Positions 9,981 to 19,119 of a stretch of DNA of 64,000 nt are shown piece by piece (the first letter of the stretch is position 1; each line of letters opens with the position of its first letter). Below the pieces are notes generated by a model that was not told where the DNA came from, did no database searches, and saw only the letters and a list, made by a program, of their open reading frames with translations. Position numbers and translations under genes: made by a program. Source of the stretch: a virus; IMG/VR virus record IMGVR_UViG_3300021168_000013, one strand, 5' to 3'.

Positions 9981-12161
9981 ATGAAAAATAAACTAATAAG
10001 TGTAATATTGACGATTTTTGTTATGGTCTGCCTTAATGTATCGGCGGGATCAAGTTCGGTCATGGTTGATAATAACAATAATATAACTTATCCAACGTCT
10101 CCACTTATAGGTAGTGGGGCGGGATTTACGAATTTAAATATACCTGCGACTCCTATCCCCGTTTTAGTATTAGAATCTCAAGGTGGTGATATTGGACAGG
10201 CAATGAATGCACAATTCGCTGCTGGTATGGCATTAAAAGGTTATATTAATATTATTGGCTATGAAAATATTGAGGGACCTAATGCTCCATATAGTACTCC
10301 AGTATTAGATTCGATATTGAATTATATGGGAATTAGTCCAGAAATAGGATCATCCACAAATCAGTCAGTCAATTATGCAATTTCGTACACCAATTATAGC
10401 CAATATATTTCTCGTTATCAAAATAATGCATCATATCCCAATATGACCCTTTCTATGCGAAAATTATTGGCACAGCAACAGACTAATAGCGTTGTTCTAT
10501 ATATAGCTGGTCCGTCAGCGGCATTAAGTGATTTCCTAAATAGTCCAGCAGATCAATACTATAATGGAACGGGAACTCAAGAAATAAGTAATTTTTGTTC
10601 ATATGCAGTTATAATGGCAGGTGGGTATCCTAGTAACTTTTTTGAGTTTAACTTGACCACTTCACCATCTACAGATAATTCATATGGTGCTCCACTATGG
10701 CCAACCAATGTTCCTCAATTTTGGGTTGATTATCAGGAAGGAACGAACATATATCTAATGACCACTAATTTCTCTCAATATCTTGAGGCACAGAGTCCTT
10801 TGGTTACATATGTGACTCAGGCTGGACAAACATATGTACAAAACGGAAGATGGAGTTGGGATTCTATGGCATTTTTGGCAACTGTTCCGCAGTTCATGAC
10901 AAACTATTATGGGATACCATTAGGTCACATTGATACTGGTCTTACTAATAATATTAGTTTATCAACAGGAACTAATTGGTGGTTACCAAGTGCTACTTGT
11001 AAGTTCCAGAATCACGTATCTTATACCAATTTTAACGCGTTGACTCTCATTCTTAACACGCTGTGTTTAGTGTCTCCAAACTCGGCTGCGGCAGATCATG
11101 TGATGTTTTCAAGTGGTATTACTAACCAAAATGAATGGCCTAAAACTTATCAAATGATGCCTGAAATAAATCCAGCTACTGGAACCATAATGACAAATCT
11201 TATTCATGAGGAATTTGAGACTGGTTGTCAGCCATGGAACAATAATTACGGATATTGGACAAATAACTTTGGTGGGTATCCTCAGAATTTTAATTTTTTA
11301 CTAAGCACAATAAATTGGGATGTGACTGGAAACAATGCCATTGCTGGCAATTCATCATCTGAGTTTTTTGGAACTGCTGGAACAGTATATGAAGGATTTT
11401 GTTTCACAAATGCCACAGTGACAAATACATATGTTCACATAAAATTATCAATGACGGCATTACCGGGAGGAACTGATAGTGCATTTCAATTATGTGCACA
11501 ACCATTCATTTTAGGTAATTCTGGACAAGCTGCCAATGTTAACATTACTACTGGTGGTAATATACAATTATATAACGGATCAACTACAGCATCGTCGGTG
11601 GGAACAATGGCTATAAACACAGTATACGATATATGGATGTTTTATTCTACATCGGCTACTTGTTGGGCCGCATTTTCCACAGATGGAACAATTCCGGTGG
11701 CTGGTAATAATTTCGTTAGTGAGGCGGCTAACCATAATTTGGGAATATCAGGATTCAACTTAACATCACCATTTAATGCCAATTTTATAATTGATAATAT
11801 AATTGTGTCAACGAATCCAATACCAGTACAATTTCCGGGAAATAAGTATCCATATTTTAAATTATTAAATCCTTTAACCATAACCACTCCATATGTAAAT
11901 CTAACTGGTCGTAATTTGGACTTTACAGCGGTTATGACAGTTACTAACATAGCTGGGTCGAAATCAGCATGTTATATAACAAACATTGGGACAGCCGATT
12001 CCCGCACATATAGTTTTTCCGTTAATACCGCTGTGACAAATTTCTTATATACACTAGGACCTTTAACAGTAGCAACGAATGAATCTGTAGAAGTAATAGC
12101 ACCAAATGGAACATGGACAATTGTTTCTAGTTATGCGGTTAGTTCCACAAGACAACGTTAA
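9981..12161 (+). CDS. Signal-peptide-bearing protein with degenerate nucleoside-hydrolase-like N-terminal domain and C-terminal beta-sandwich region
   Basis: MKNKLISVILTIFVMVCLNVSAG leader; RKLLAQQQTNSVVLYIAGP...LNSPAD...IMAGGYP...EFN...WPT...SWD pattern of IU-NH-like proteins. Confidence 0.5.
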   Translation: MKNKLISVILTIFVMVCLNVSAGSSSVMVDNNNNITYPTSPLIGSGAGFTNLNIPATPIPVLVLESQGGDIGQAMNAQFAAGMALKGYINIIGYENIEGPNAPYSTPVLDSILNYMGISPEIGSSTNQSVNYAISYTNYSQYISRYQNNASYPNMTLSMRKLLAQQQTNSVVLYIAGPSAALSDFLNSPADQYYNGTGTQEISNFCSYAVIMAGGYPSNFFEFNLTTSPSTDNSYGAPLWPTNVPQFWVDYQEGTNIYLMTTNFSQYLEAQSPLVTYVTQAGQTYVQNGRWSWDSMAFLATVPQFMTNYYGIPLGHIDTGLTNNISLSTGTNWWLPSATCKFQNHVSYTNFNALTLILNTLCLVSPNSAAADHVMFSSGITNQNEWPKTYQMMPEINPATGTIMTNLIHEEFETGCQPWNNNYGYWTNNFGGYPQNFNFLLSTINWDVTGNNAIAGNSSSEFFGTAGTVYEGFCFTNATVTNTYVHIKLSMTALPGGTDSAFQLCAQPFILGNSGQAANVNITTGGNIQLYNGSTTASSVGTMAINTVYDIWMFYSTSATCWAAFSTDGTIPVAGNNFVSEAANHNLGISGFNLTSPFNANFIIDNIIVSTNPIPVQFPGNKYPYFKLLNPLTITTPYVNLTGRNLDFTAVMTVTNIAGSKSACYITNIGTADSRTYSFSVNTAVTNFLYTLGPLTVATNESVEVIAPNGTWTIVSSYAVSSTRQR

Positions 12162-12167
12162 TTTAAT

Positions 12168-12875
12168 ATGAGTAATGAGTTAACTGTAAAAAACGGATTA
12201 ATATCACAAGGAAATGTTTCTATATTTGGGAATATTTCATGTTCCGTAATTACCGCTAGTAGTGTGACAGCATCATTATTGGGAACAAGTAGTTACGCCA
12301 ATAATTCAATGATGGCAAATACGGCATCATATATTACAGCAAATAACATTACAGGAGTTATTTCAAGTGCTTCATATAGTGTGAGTGCCAGTTACTACCC
12401 AATTCAATTGTCTGATATAACTGATAACACATCTGTACATTATATTGGTATCAATCAGACGAATCCACAGTATACTTTAGATGTTAATGGCACAATAGGT
12501 AATAGTCACAATTCTACATGGATTTCCATTGGCGGTAACAACATATTATCTATAGGTGATGTATTAAATGTTGCAAATAATGCAATTTTAAATTGTGATG
12601 GAACTAATTTTTGGTTTAGTCCAAACACAGTAAGAGTAGGTATTGGTGGTATAACATCACCGCGTAATGCGTTGGATATAATTGGTAACATTTCATGTTC
12701 AATCATCACTGCAAGTATATTCAATCCAACATTTATAGATTTACCATATTCAAGTAGCGGACATTCAATTACACCAACTATAAATACAGGAAGTTCATAT
12801 TTATATACAACTGGTTCCACCAATTTACTATATATATATAATGGAAATGTATGGTGTTCTTCCAGTTTATCATAA
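12168..12875 (+). CDS. Short fibre-like virion protein paralogous to part of the 1469-aa protein
   Basis: Contains the same 99-aa DITDNTS...GNISCS module and SASY repeats; ends in LLYIYNGNVW. Confidence 0.65.
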   Translation: MSNELTVKNGLISQGNVSIFGNISCSVITASSVTASLLGTSSYANNSMMANTASYITANNITGVISSASYSVSASYYPIQLSDITDNTSVHYIGINQTNPQYTLDVNGTIGNSHNSTWISIGGNNILSIGDVLNVANNAILNCDGTNFWFSPNTVRVGIGGITSPRNALDIIGNISCSIITASIFNPTFIDLPYSSSGHSITPTINTGSSYLYTTGSTNLLYIYNGNVWCSSSLS

Positions 12876-12903
12876 AGATAGGTAATATAAAAAAAGAATA
12901 AAT

Positions 12904-15900
12904 ATGGCAATAATATTAAAACGTCAAGAACTTTTTGATCCAAAGTATAATGGAGGAATTACAACTTATTCTGGAAGCAATTCTGGTAGTTTTGATTGGG
13001 TTAGCGGATCATTGTATTTGGGGTGTGTCGGGCCACAAAGTAGTGTAACCGCATCTTCAAGTGGTTCTTATGGATGGAGCGCAAAAAATTTGAGCGGTAG
13101 TGGTAATCCGAATATTGCTTATTTTAAAAATTTTGATAGTAATACTCAAGCGTGTGGTATGATTTCAGCATGGATTAATACCACTGGTGAGCTAGTTTAT
13201 CCAAGTGGTCTACAGGATGAATTAATTACATTGAGCAGTAATGGTGGACCTTATGGTATTAATTTTTATAATTATGCAAATGGAGGTCCTGATTTATTGA
13301 ATTGGGTTGCACAACAGGGAGATGTAATGTCACAAAATTTACATACACCACATAATCAATGGTTTTGGGTTGGAATAGCTTGGTATCATACTGGTGGAAA
13401 TTATGATTATGCGAAAGTGTTCATGATGACTGGTAGTCAAGCCACACCAAGTCTAATATTTGATGGACAGTATCAAGCATATGGTAATAGTATAAATTAT
13501 GTTTCTTTTGGTGATAACGTAATATTGGGGCCAAGTAATCTTCTTTCAAGATTTGGAATTCCGTCTGTATATTCAGTGGATTCCGCATCATACTCAGCAT
13601 TAGGATATACATTAAGCGCCTATCAACCTGATCAAATTGCACCATCAACAGGGTCTAACACATGGTATGTTAATACAGTTAGTGGAAGTGATACAAATAA
13701 TGGTTTAAGTACATCCACAGCATGGTCGTCTTCTGCCAAATTATTGCAGGAATTAATAGACATGAATGGTATATTAGGAAATGCTAATACTTCATCAAAT
13801 TATCCTGCTGGTATGGGAGACAAAATAGTATTAAACACTACTGGTGCGCCGTTGGATGTATATAGATCATTTAATATCTATAAGCCGGGCATATATATAA
13901 CATCAGCACAAAGTTCTAGTTTTGTATTTGGTTCTACTGCAAGTTATGCGGAAATAAAAATGTGGGAAGCAATTCCATCTTCATCATGGGCCTTGGTTCC
14001 GGGAAGAAGTTTTACATATTTCACAACAGCATCGGGGACTATAACAGCAAGTCAAACGGCTTATGCTGATCCGGGACAATGTGCCTTATGGGAAAATGAT
14101 AAATGGACAAATTGGGTGTATGGAGCAACATATAATTCAGTTTCAGCAAGTATTGATTCAGTCGCAGGTTCTTTTTATTATGGTAATGGGTCAATTTATT
14201 ATCATCCATTTGGTAATACCAATCCTATAACCGATGGAAAAATATATACAAGAAGTAGAGTTCCTGCTGATGGTGTTGGCTCTTATGTTATAAATGTCAA
14301 TGCAGATAAGTTGATGATAGATCAATTAAAAATAAGAAAATCTTCATGTAAATATACGAACACATCTACAGATACACCAGCAAGTTTAGCAATAAATATT
14401 GGGGATGTTTATCCAGTGACATATCCTAGTTTAACAGGACCTATTATAGTCAAAAATTGTTATTGTGATTATGCTGGTAAACATGTGGTAGGGGCTATAA
14501 TGTCTGGAAATGCTAACAATTTACCTGTTACATTTAGTAATGTGCAAGCAGAACAATGCTCTCCGGGATCATGGGGGGCAAATGGATTTATTGTATTTAA
14601 TGGTGGTAGTGTGACCGGAAATTCAATATTATTTGATTCATGTACATGTATATCTGCATCTGGATTGGTTGGTAGTACAACTGGTCAATCTAATAACAGT
14701 TATTTTTCACATAATTCTAGTGGTCAAAATCAATTTTCATCTGTCACTATTCATAATTGTAATTTGGGTTATAACACAGTCATTCCCGGATTTTCGACGA
14801 AAATATTTAATGTAATTAGTTCATCTGTGGGACAAATACAATCTATTTATAGCACGGCTTCGATTGATATGAGTATATTACAAAATATATTTACAAGCAA
14901 TGCGGGGGCTTCTGTTAACGTAAAGAATTCCATTATTACACTTCCAACTCAATTTTATGTAGATGGAAACTTTATTAACGGACAAGTATCCATGTCAAAT
15001 TGTACAGTGGATTTTAGAAATAATTTAGCAACCAGTTTTCCAACAACGATTCCGCCAATATTTTCTATCACACCTAATTCAACTTCATCATTGTATTTTT
15101 ATAATAATATTGTGGCATTAAATCAGCCATTTACAATTTTTGGTGGATACTCTGCAAGTTTATTAAGTGATTATAATTTATATGTTACTACTGCATCATA
15201 TATTGGTAGTTCTTCGTTTGGTCTATCAGGAACTCAAAGTTTTGTGACATTCCAATCAAATGGAAGAGATTTACATTCACAAGTTATTTCTTCATACAAT
15301 TCATTATTATTAAATCCAAATTATTCATTAATATCTGGTTCTCCTGCAATTAATGCTGGTATAACCCAAAATTACTATTATGACATTACTGGTCAATTAT
15401 TTCCATATCGTAATTCTATTGGGGCATATGATTTTTATATTCTAAGAAATACTCCATCTGGAGAAATACAATGTTGGGGAGCAATAATATCAAGTGATAA
15501 TGGTGGTAGTGGAAATGTACCATCTAATGTATTTGATGGTAATTTCGGTACATTTTTCGATTCAACTAACTCTCAAGGTGGTTGGGTTGGATTGGATTTT
15601 GGAATAGGTAATAATGTAACATTAACCTCTTATAAATTGGCACCCAGAGCTAGTGATTCCAATGGATTTTATGAAAATAGAGTAAATGGGTCGCAGATAC
15701 AAGGTTGTGGTGATCCATCATTTAGTGCCTCGGTAGTTATTATTGATACAATACCAAATCCTGCAACATCATCTAATCAACCATCATTTCCAATGTTTGG
15801 TAGAGGATATTATACTGAACGATTTGTTCCAAATAATACAAGTAGTTTTAGATGTTTAAGATATTATGCATCAGCAAGTAATTCATATTGTGATATTAGT

Positions 15901-17205
15901 GAATTGCGGTTTATAGCATCAGCTTCAGGATTTGGTGGATCAAATTGTCAACCAGTAACTCCAACATTGAGTTTTGCAGGAGGATTATATCCTAATCAAG
16001 CCGCATTAATTTCTATTACCAGCCGAACAACTTCTGCGACCATTTATTACACAATTAACGGAACAACTCCCACAACTAGTTCATTAATATATGGAGGACC
16101 GTTTACATTAAATTGTTCAAACATGGTTACAATGTCTGCTATTGCGTATGATACCACATGTGCTACGGCATCCTCTGAAATATCAGCACCAGCATATTTT
16201 CAAGGAACTGGATTTGTTCAAGGGACTAGATTTTATGATAATAGGGGTATAGTAATGAATAACTACAGTGGCCATATTTATGATAATACATCCATTGATG
16301 GTAAATATTATTGGTTTGGTATGTTTGTAGATGTGTATCAAAATCCAGCCAATTCTGAACCACCATACACAGAGGGATTATGGTTATATTCATCACACAA
16401 TCTTTATAACTGGACATTAGTTGGTAATATTCTCGGTAATGGTGTTAGCAATGAATGGGCATATCTTGAAAGGCCGCATGTAATTTATAATAACAGTACA
16501 AATAAATATGTTTTATGGGCACATGCTGCGAATGGTGCAGGAAATGCTAATAGTGCATCGATTGCTACAGCTTCTGCGATAATTGGTCCTTGGGGATGGG
16601 CAAATGACATTTATAATCCTCTGGGAAATACTGGATTTCTTGATTGTAATTTATTTAAAGACACAAATAATATTGGCTATGCAATTTATTCATTTGGAAC
16701 AACAGGAAGTGGTTTATCAGCAGGAGTAAAAATTGTACAATTGACAAATGATTATCTTAGTATGACAACCGCCAGTTTTACACATTCTATTGGAAATAGA
16801 GAATCACCAGTAATGTTTAAATATAATAATCTATATTATGTTATCACATCACAGGGTAATTTTTACGATTCAACTAATACGTTTGCTGTAACATCAAGTT
16901 GGGCAACTTCACCTACAGGTTCTTATACAAGTCAAAGTTTATATAAAGGACAAGCATTTGGTGATCCAATAGGTACTGTATATAATGCACAACCATCATT
17001 TGCATTACCAATAAATAATGGTGTATTACTTGGGATGGACTTCTGGTACTCTTCATCACTAAGTTCATCAAAACAAGTATGGATGCCATTACAATTTAAT
17101 GCTGATAATTCAGTATCTTTACCAGTACCTTTACCAGCAACATGGTCATTTGCACAATATTTCCAATCCAATGTTTGGAGTAACTTAAACAACAATACAA
17201 TATAA
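12904..17205 (+). CDS. Multidomain glycan-binding/degrading virion protein (LamG-like, beta-helix, F5/8 discoidin, CHB/Fn3-like, GH43-like propeller)
   Basis: TWYVNTVSGSDTNNG (beta-helix start); NVFDGNFGTFFDS..GWVGLDFG (F5/8); ATIYYTINGTTPTTSSLIYGGPF (CHB_HEX_C-like); ERPHVIYN, DCNLFKD, RESPVMFKYNNLYY, AQPSF (GH43). Confidence 0.75.
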   Translation: MAIILKRQELFDPKYNGGITTYSGSNSGSFDWVSGSLYLGCVGPQSSVTASSSGSYGWSAKNLSGSGNPNIAYFKNFDSNTQACGMISAWINTTGELVYPSGLQDELITLSSNGGPYGINFYNYANGGPDLLNWVAQQGDVMSQNLHTPHNQWFWVGIAWYHTGGNYDYAKVFMMTGSQATPSLIFDGQYQAYGNSINYVSFGDNVILGPSNLLSRFGIPSVYSVDSASYSALGYTLSAYQPDQIAPSTGSNTWYVNTVSGSDTNNGLSTSTAWSSSAKLLQELIDMNGILGNANTSSNYPAGMGDKIVLNTTGAPLDVYRSFNIYKPGIYITSAQSSSFVFGSTASYAEIKMWEAIPSSSWALVPGRSFTYFTTASGTITASQTAYADPGQCALWENDKWTNWVYGATYNSVSASIDSVAGSFYYGNGSIYYHPFGNTNPITDGKIYTRSRVPADGVGSYVINVNADKLMIDQLKIRKSSCKYTNTSTDTPASLAINIGDVYPVTYPSLTGPIIVKNCYCDYAGKHVVGAIMSGNANNLPVTFSNVQAEQCSPGSWGANGFIVFNGGSVTGNSILFDSCTCISASGLVGSTTGQSNNSYFSHNSSGQNQFSSVTIHNCNLGYNTVIPGFSTKIFNVISSSVGQIQSIYSTASIDMSILQNIFTSNAGASVNVKNSIITLPTQFYVDGNFINGQVSMSNCTVDFRNNLATSFPTTIPPIFSITPNSTSSLYFYNNIVALNQPFTIFGGYSASLLSDYNLYVTTASYIGSSSFGLSGTQSFVTFQSNGRDLHSQVISSYNSLLLNPNYSLISGSPAINAGITQNYYYDITGQLFPYRNSIGAYDFYILRNTPSGEIQCWGAIISSDNGGSGNVPSNVFDGNFGTFFDSTNSQGGWVGLDFGIGNNVTLTSYKLAPRASDSNGFYENRVNGSQIQGCGDPSFSASVVIIDTIPNPATSSNQPSFPMFGRGYYTERFVPNNTSSFRCLRYYASASNSYCDISELRFIASASGFGGSNCQPVTPTLSFAGGLYPNQAALISITSRTTSATIYYTINGTTPTTSSLIYGGPFTLNCSNMVTMSAIAYDTTCATASSEISAPAYFQGTGFVQGTRFYDNRGIVMNNYSGHIYDNTSIDGKYYWFGMFVDVYQNPANSEPPYTEGLWLYSSHNLYNWTLVGNILGNGVSNEWAYLERPHVIYNNSTNKYVLWAHAANGAGNANSASIATASAIIGPWGWANDIYNPLGNTGFLDCNLFKDTNNIGYAIYSFGTTGSGLSAGVKIVQLTNDYLSMTTASFTHSIGNRESPVMFKYNNLYYVITSQGNFYDSTNTFAVTSSWATSPTGSYTSQSLYKGQAFGDPIGTVYNAQPSFALPINNGVLLGMDFWYSSSLSSSKQVWMPLQFNADNSVSLPVPLPATWSFAQYFQSNVWSNLNNNTI

Positions 17206-17256
17206 TAAATCTAAACAAATATTGATACATATTTATTAACGAATACTAAAATTGTT

Positions 17257-17535
17257 ATGGCAGATACTATAAAACTCACAGTGGACGAATTAGGAGAATT
17301 GAGATCAATACAAACCTCTTATCAAGAAAAAACCTATTCATTTGGTCAATTATATATTGACAAATTAAATATTGATGAAAAACAGAAGGAAGTTGATTCA
17401 GCCGAAGTAAAGTTGAGACAAGAATTACTTGATGTTCAACAACGTGAACAGCAATGGATGGCAAAAATTAGTGAGAAATATGGAGAAGGTAATTTATCTC
17501 TAAAGGATGGAACTTTTACAAAAACCGTAAAATAA
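17257..17535 (+). CDS. Small coiled-coil protein, possible fibre-assembly chaperone
   Basis: 92 aa, helical and charged, ends ISEKYGEGNLSLKDGTF; directly after the fibre genes with its own late-type motif. Confidence 0.5.
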   Translation: MADTIKLTVDELGELRSIQTSYQEKTYSFGQLYIDKLNIDEKQKEVDSAEVKLRQELLDVQQREQQWMAKISEKYGEGNLSLKDGTFTKTVK

Positions 17536-17555
17536 TTTAATCCATTGAATATATT

Positions 17556-17590
17556 AACCGTAAAACAAAAATTTTACGGTTTTTTTATTT
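17556..17590 (+). terminator. Rho-independent terminator ending the fibre operon
   Basis: aaccgtaaaa-caaaaa-ttttacggtt stem followed by ttttttattt. Confidence 0.75.
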
Positions 17591-17619
17591 ATCATTTTCT
17601 GGTAATATATTTATAAGAA

Positions 17620-17799
17620 ATGAAAGAAACAAAACCGATTTTTGTAGAATATGATGATACAAATATACATCATACTCAATCAGTTTTTTCTGTTGAAAAC
17701 TTATCCTATAACAGTAAGTGGACCAACTGGACCTTAAGATGTTATTTACCGTTAAGTTTCATACATAAGACTTATAACATACTTAATATAAGTAATTAG
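17620..17799 (+). CDS. Small hypothetical protein (59 aa), below the ORF-track cutoff
   Basis: ATG 17620 to TAG 17799, MKETKPIFVEYDDTNIHH...NISN; preceded by atatttata at the same 4-nt spacing as clear structural genes. Confidence 0.5.
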   Translation: MKETKPIFVEYDDTNIHHTQSVFSVENLSYNSKWTNWTLRCYLPLSFIHKTYNILNISN

Positions 17800-17809
17800 T
17801 AATATTGGT

Positions 17810-17837
17810 ATTATACTTTCTATATTAGAAATGTCAA
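17810..17837 (-). promoter_or_regulatory. Sigma70-type promoter pointing leftwards (antisense)
   Basis: Minus strand TTGACA-N16-TATAAT, perfect hexamers; spacer contains the inverted repeat tttcta-tat-tagaaa. Confidence 0.55.
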
Positions 17838-17891
17838 GTATTTATATTTAAATTGTGTTATTTTGTTGTCTAAATACGATATTTATATTAA

Positions 17892-18455
17892 ATGATAAAG
17901 CTTAAAACCATATTATCTGAAGTTTATGACATCAATCTCTTAGAGACTGGTGTTGAGAAATTTAAGTTATTCTGTGATTTAGATGGAGTATTGGTTGGTT
18001 TTGATGAGGCCGTTAAGAAATTAACGGGCGGTTTAACCTTCAAAGAATACGTTGAAAAATATGGACACTCGGCTATGTGGAAATTAATCAATGCTAAGGG
18101 TAGTGATTGGTGGGCAAATTTGACATGGAGTAATGATGGTAAGGTGTTATGGGAATTTATAAAACCATTTAATCCTACCATATTAACCGCTGGAAGTAAG
18201 AGAAATTCTGGTGAAATAGCAGTAATCGGTAAAAAAGAGTGGTGTGGTAAGAATTTGGGAACAAATATACCAGTTATAGTTACTGATAATTCAAGAGCTA
18301 AACAACAGTATTCTAAATTAAATAATATACTTATAGATGATTTACCATCTAATATCGATGAATGGAATGCTAAGGGTGGTATAGGTGTATTATATATAAA
18401 TTCTAATGATACTATAACTAAATTAAAATACATTTTCAACAATGCGAGTCTATAA
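17892..18455 (+). CDS. HAD-superfamily 5'(3')-nucleotidase (NT5C-like)
   Basis: Motif I FCDLDGVLVGF, motif II ILTAG, K in AKQQYS, motif IV LIDDLPSNIDEW. Confidence 0.88.
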   Translation: MIKLKTILSEVYDINLLETGVEKFKLFCDLDGVLVGFDEAVKKLTGGLTFKEYVEKYGHSAMWKLINAKGSDWWANLTWSNDGKVLWEFIKPFNPTILTAGSKRNSGEIAVIGKKEWCGKNLGTNIPVIVTDNSRAKQQYSKLNNILIDDLPSNIDEWNAKGGIGVLYINSNDTITKLKYIFNNASL

Positions 18456-19119
18456 TTCCATATTAAACCCCGATATTTGGGTAAATGAGAGTGAAATTAA
18501 CCCGAATATTAGAATAAAGCTACTTGAGGTTGCCAATGATTTTTATAAAAACAGCAAGCTTACTGCTCCAATTAAGGATGTTTTACTCTTAGGAAGCAAC
18601 GCTAATTACAACTGGACACCAACCAGTGATTTAGATACTCATATTTTAATTGACTTTTCAATGTTAGAAATGCCAATGGCTGCGGCTAAAGAGCTTACTG
18701 GATTAATAAAGAATCAATGGAATACTGAGCATGATATCCATATTAAGTCTTACAACGTTGAATTGTACATCCAAGATGCTACATCAGTTAATGCTGCTAC
18801 TGGCATATTTAGCCTATTAAACAACGTTTGGATCAAAAAACCAGCTAAAGAAAACATTGTATTGGATATGGAATTGATAAAACAGAAATATCAGGATTTT
18901 GTGTTGAAAATCAAGAATGCTATGGCCGATAACAACTTAGAGAGAATGAAGAATGTCTTAAAAGACGTGTATGATTTGAGACAGTCAGGGTTAGATAGGG
19001 CTGGGGAGTTTTCTACGGAAAATATAGTATTTAAGCTATTAAGAAACAAGAAATACATGGATGATCTTAGGGATGCCGTAAATCAGGAATACGACAAAGA
19101 AATTAGTGTAAATCAGTAA
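18442..19119 (+). CDS. DNA polymerase beta-superfamily nucleotidyltransferase
   Basis: LLGSNANYNWTPTSDLDTHILID (GS...DxD) and third carboxylate in VELYIQD; overlaps the HAD gene by 14 nt. Confidence 0.82.
   Translation: MRVYNSILNPDIWVNESEINPNIRIKLLEVANDFYKNSKLTAPIKDVLLLGSNANYNWTPTSDLDTHILIDFSMLEMPMAAAKELTGLIKNQWNTEHDIHIKSYNVELYIQDATSVNAATGIFSLLNNVWIKKPAKENIVLDMELIKQKYQDFVLKIKNAMADNNLERMKNVLKDVYDLRQSGLDRAGEFSTENIVFKLLRNKKYMDDLRDAVNQEYDKEISVNQ

Noticed and set aside
6191-12701. Diversity-generating retroelement TR/VR pair
   Set aside because: Differences between the copies are mostly synonymous and not adenine-specific, both copies are mid-gene, and no reverse transcriptase is in the window.
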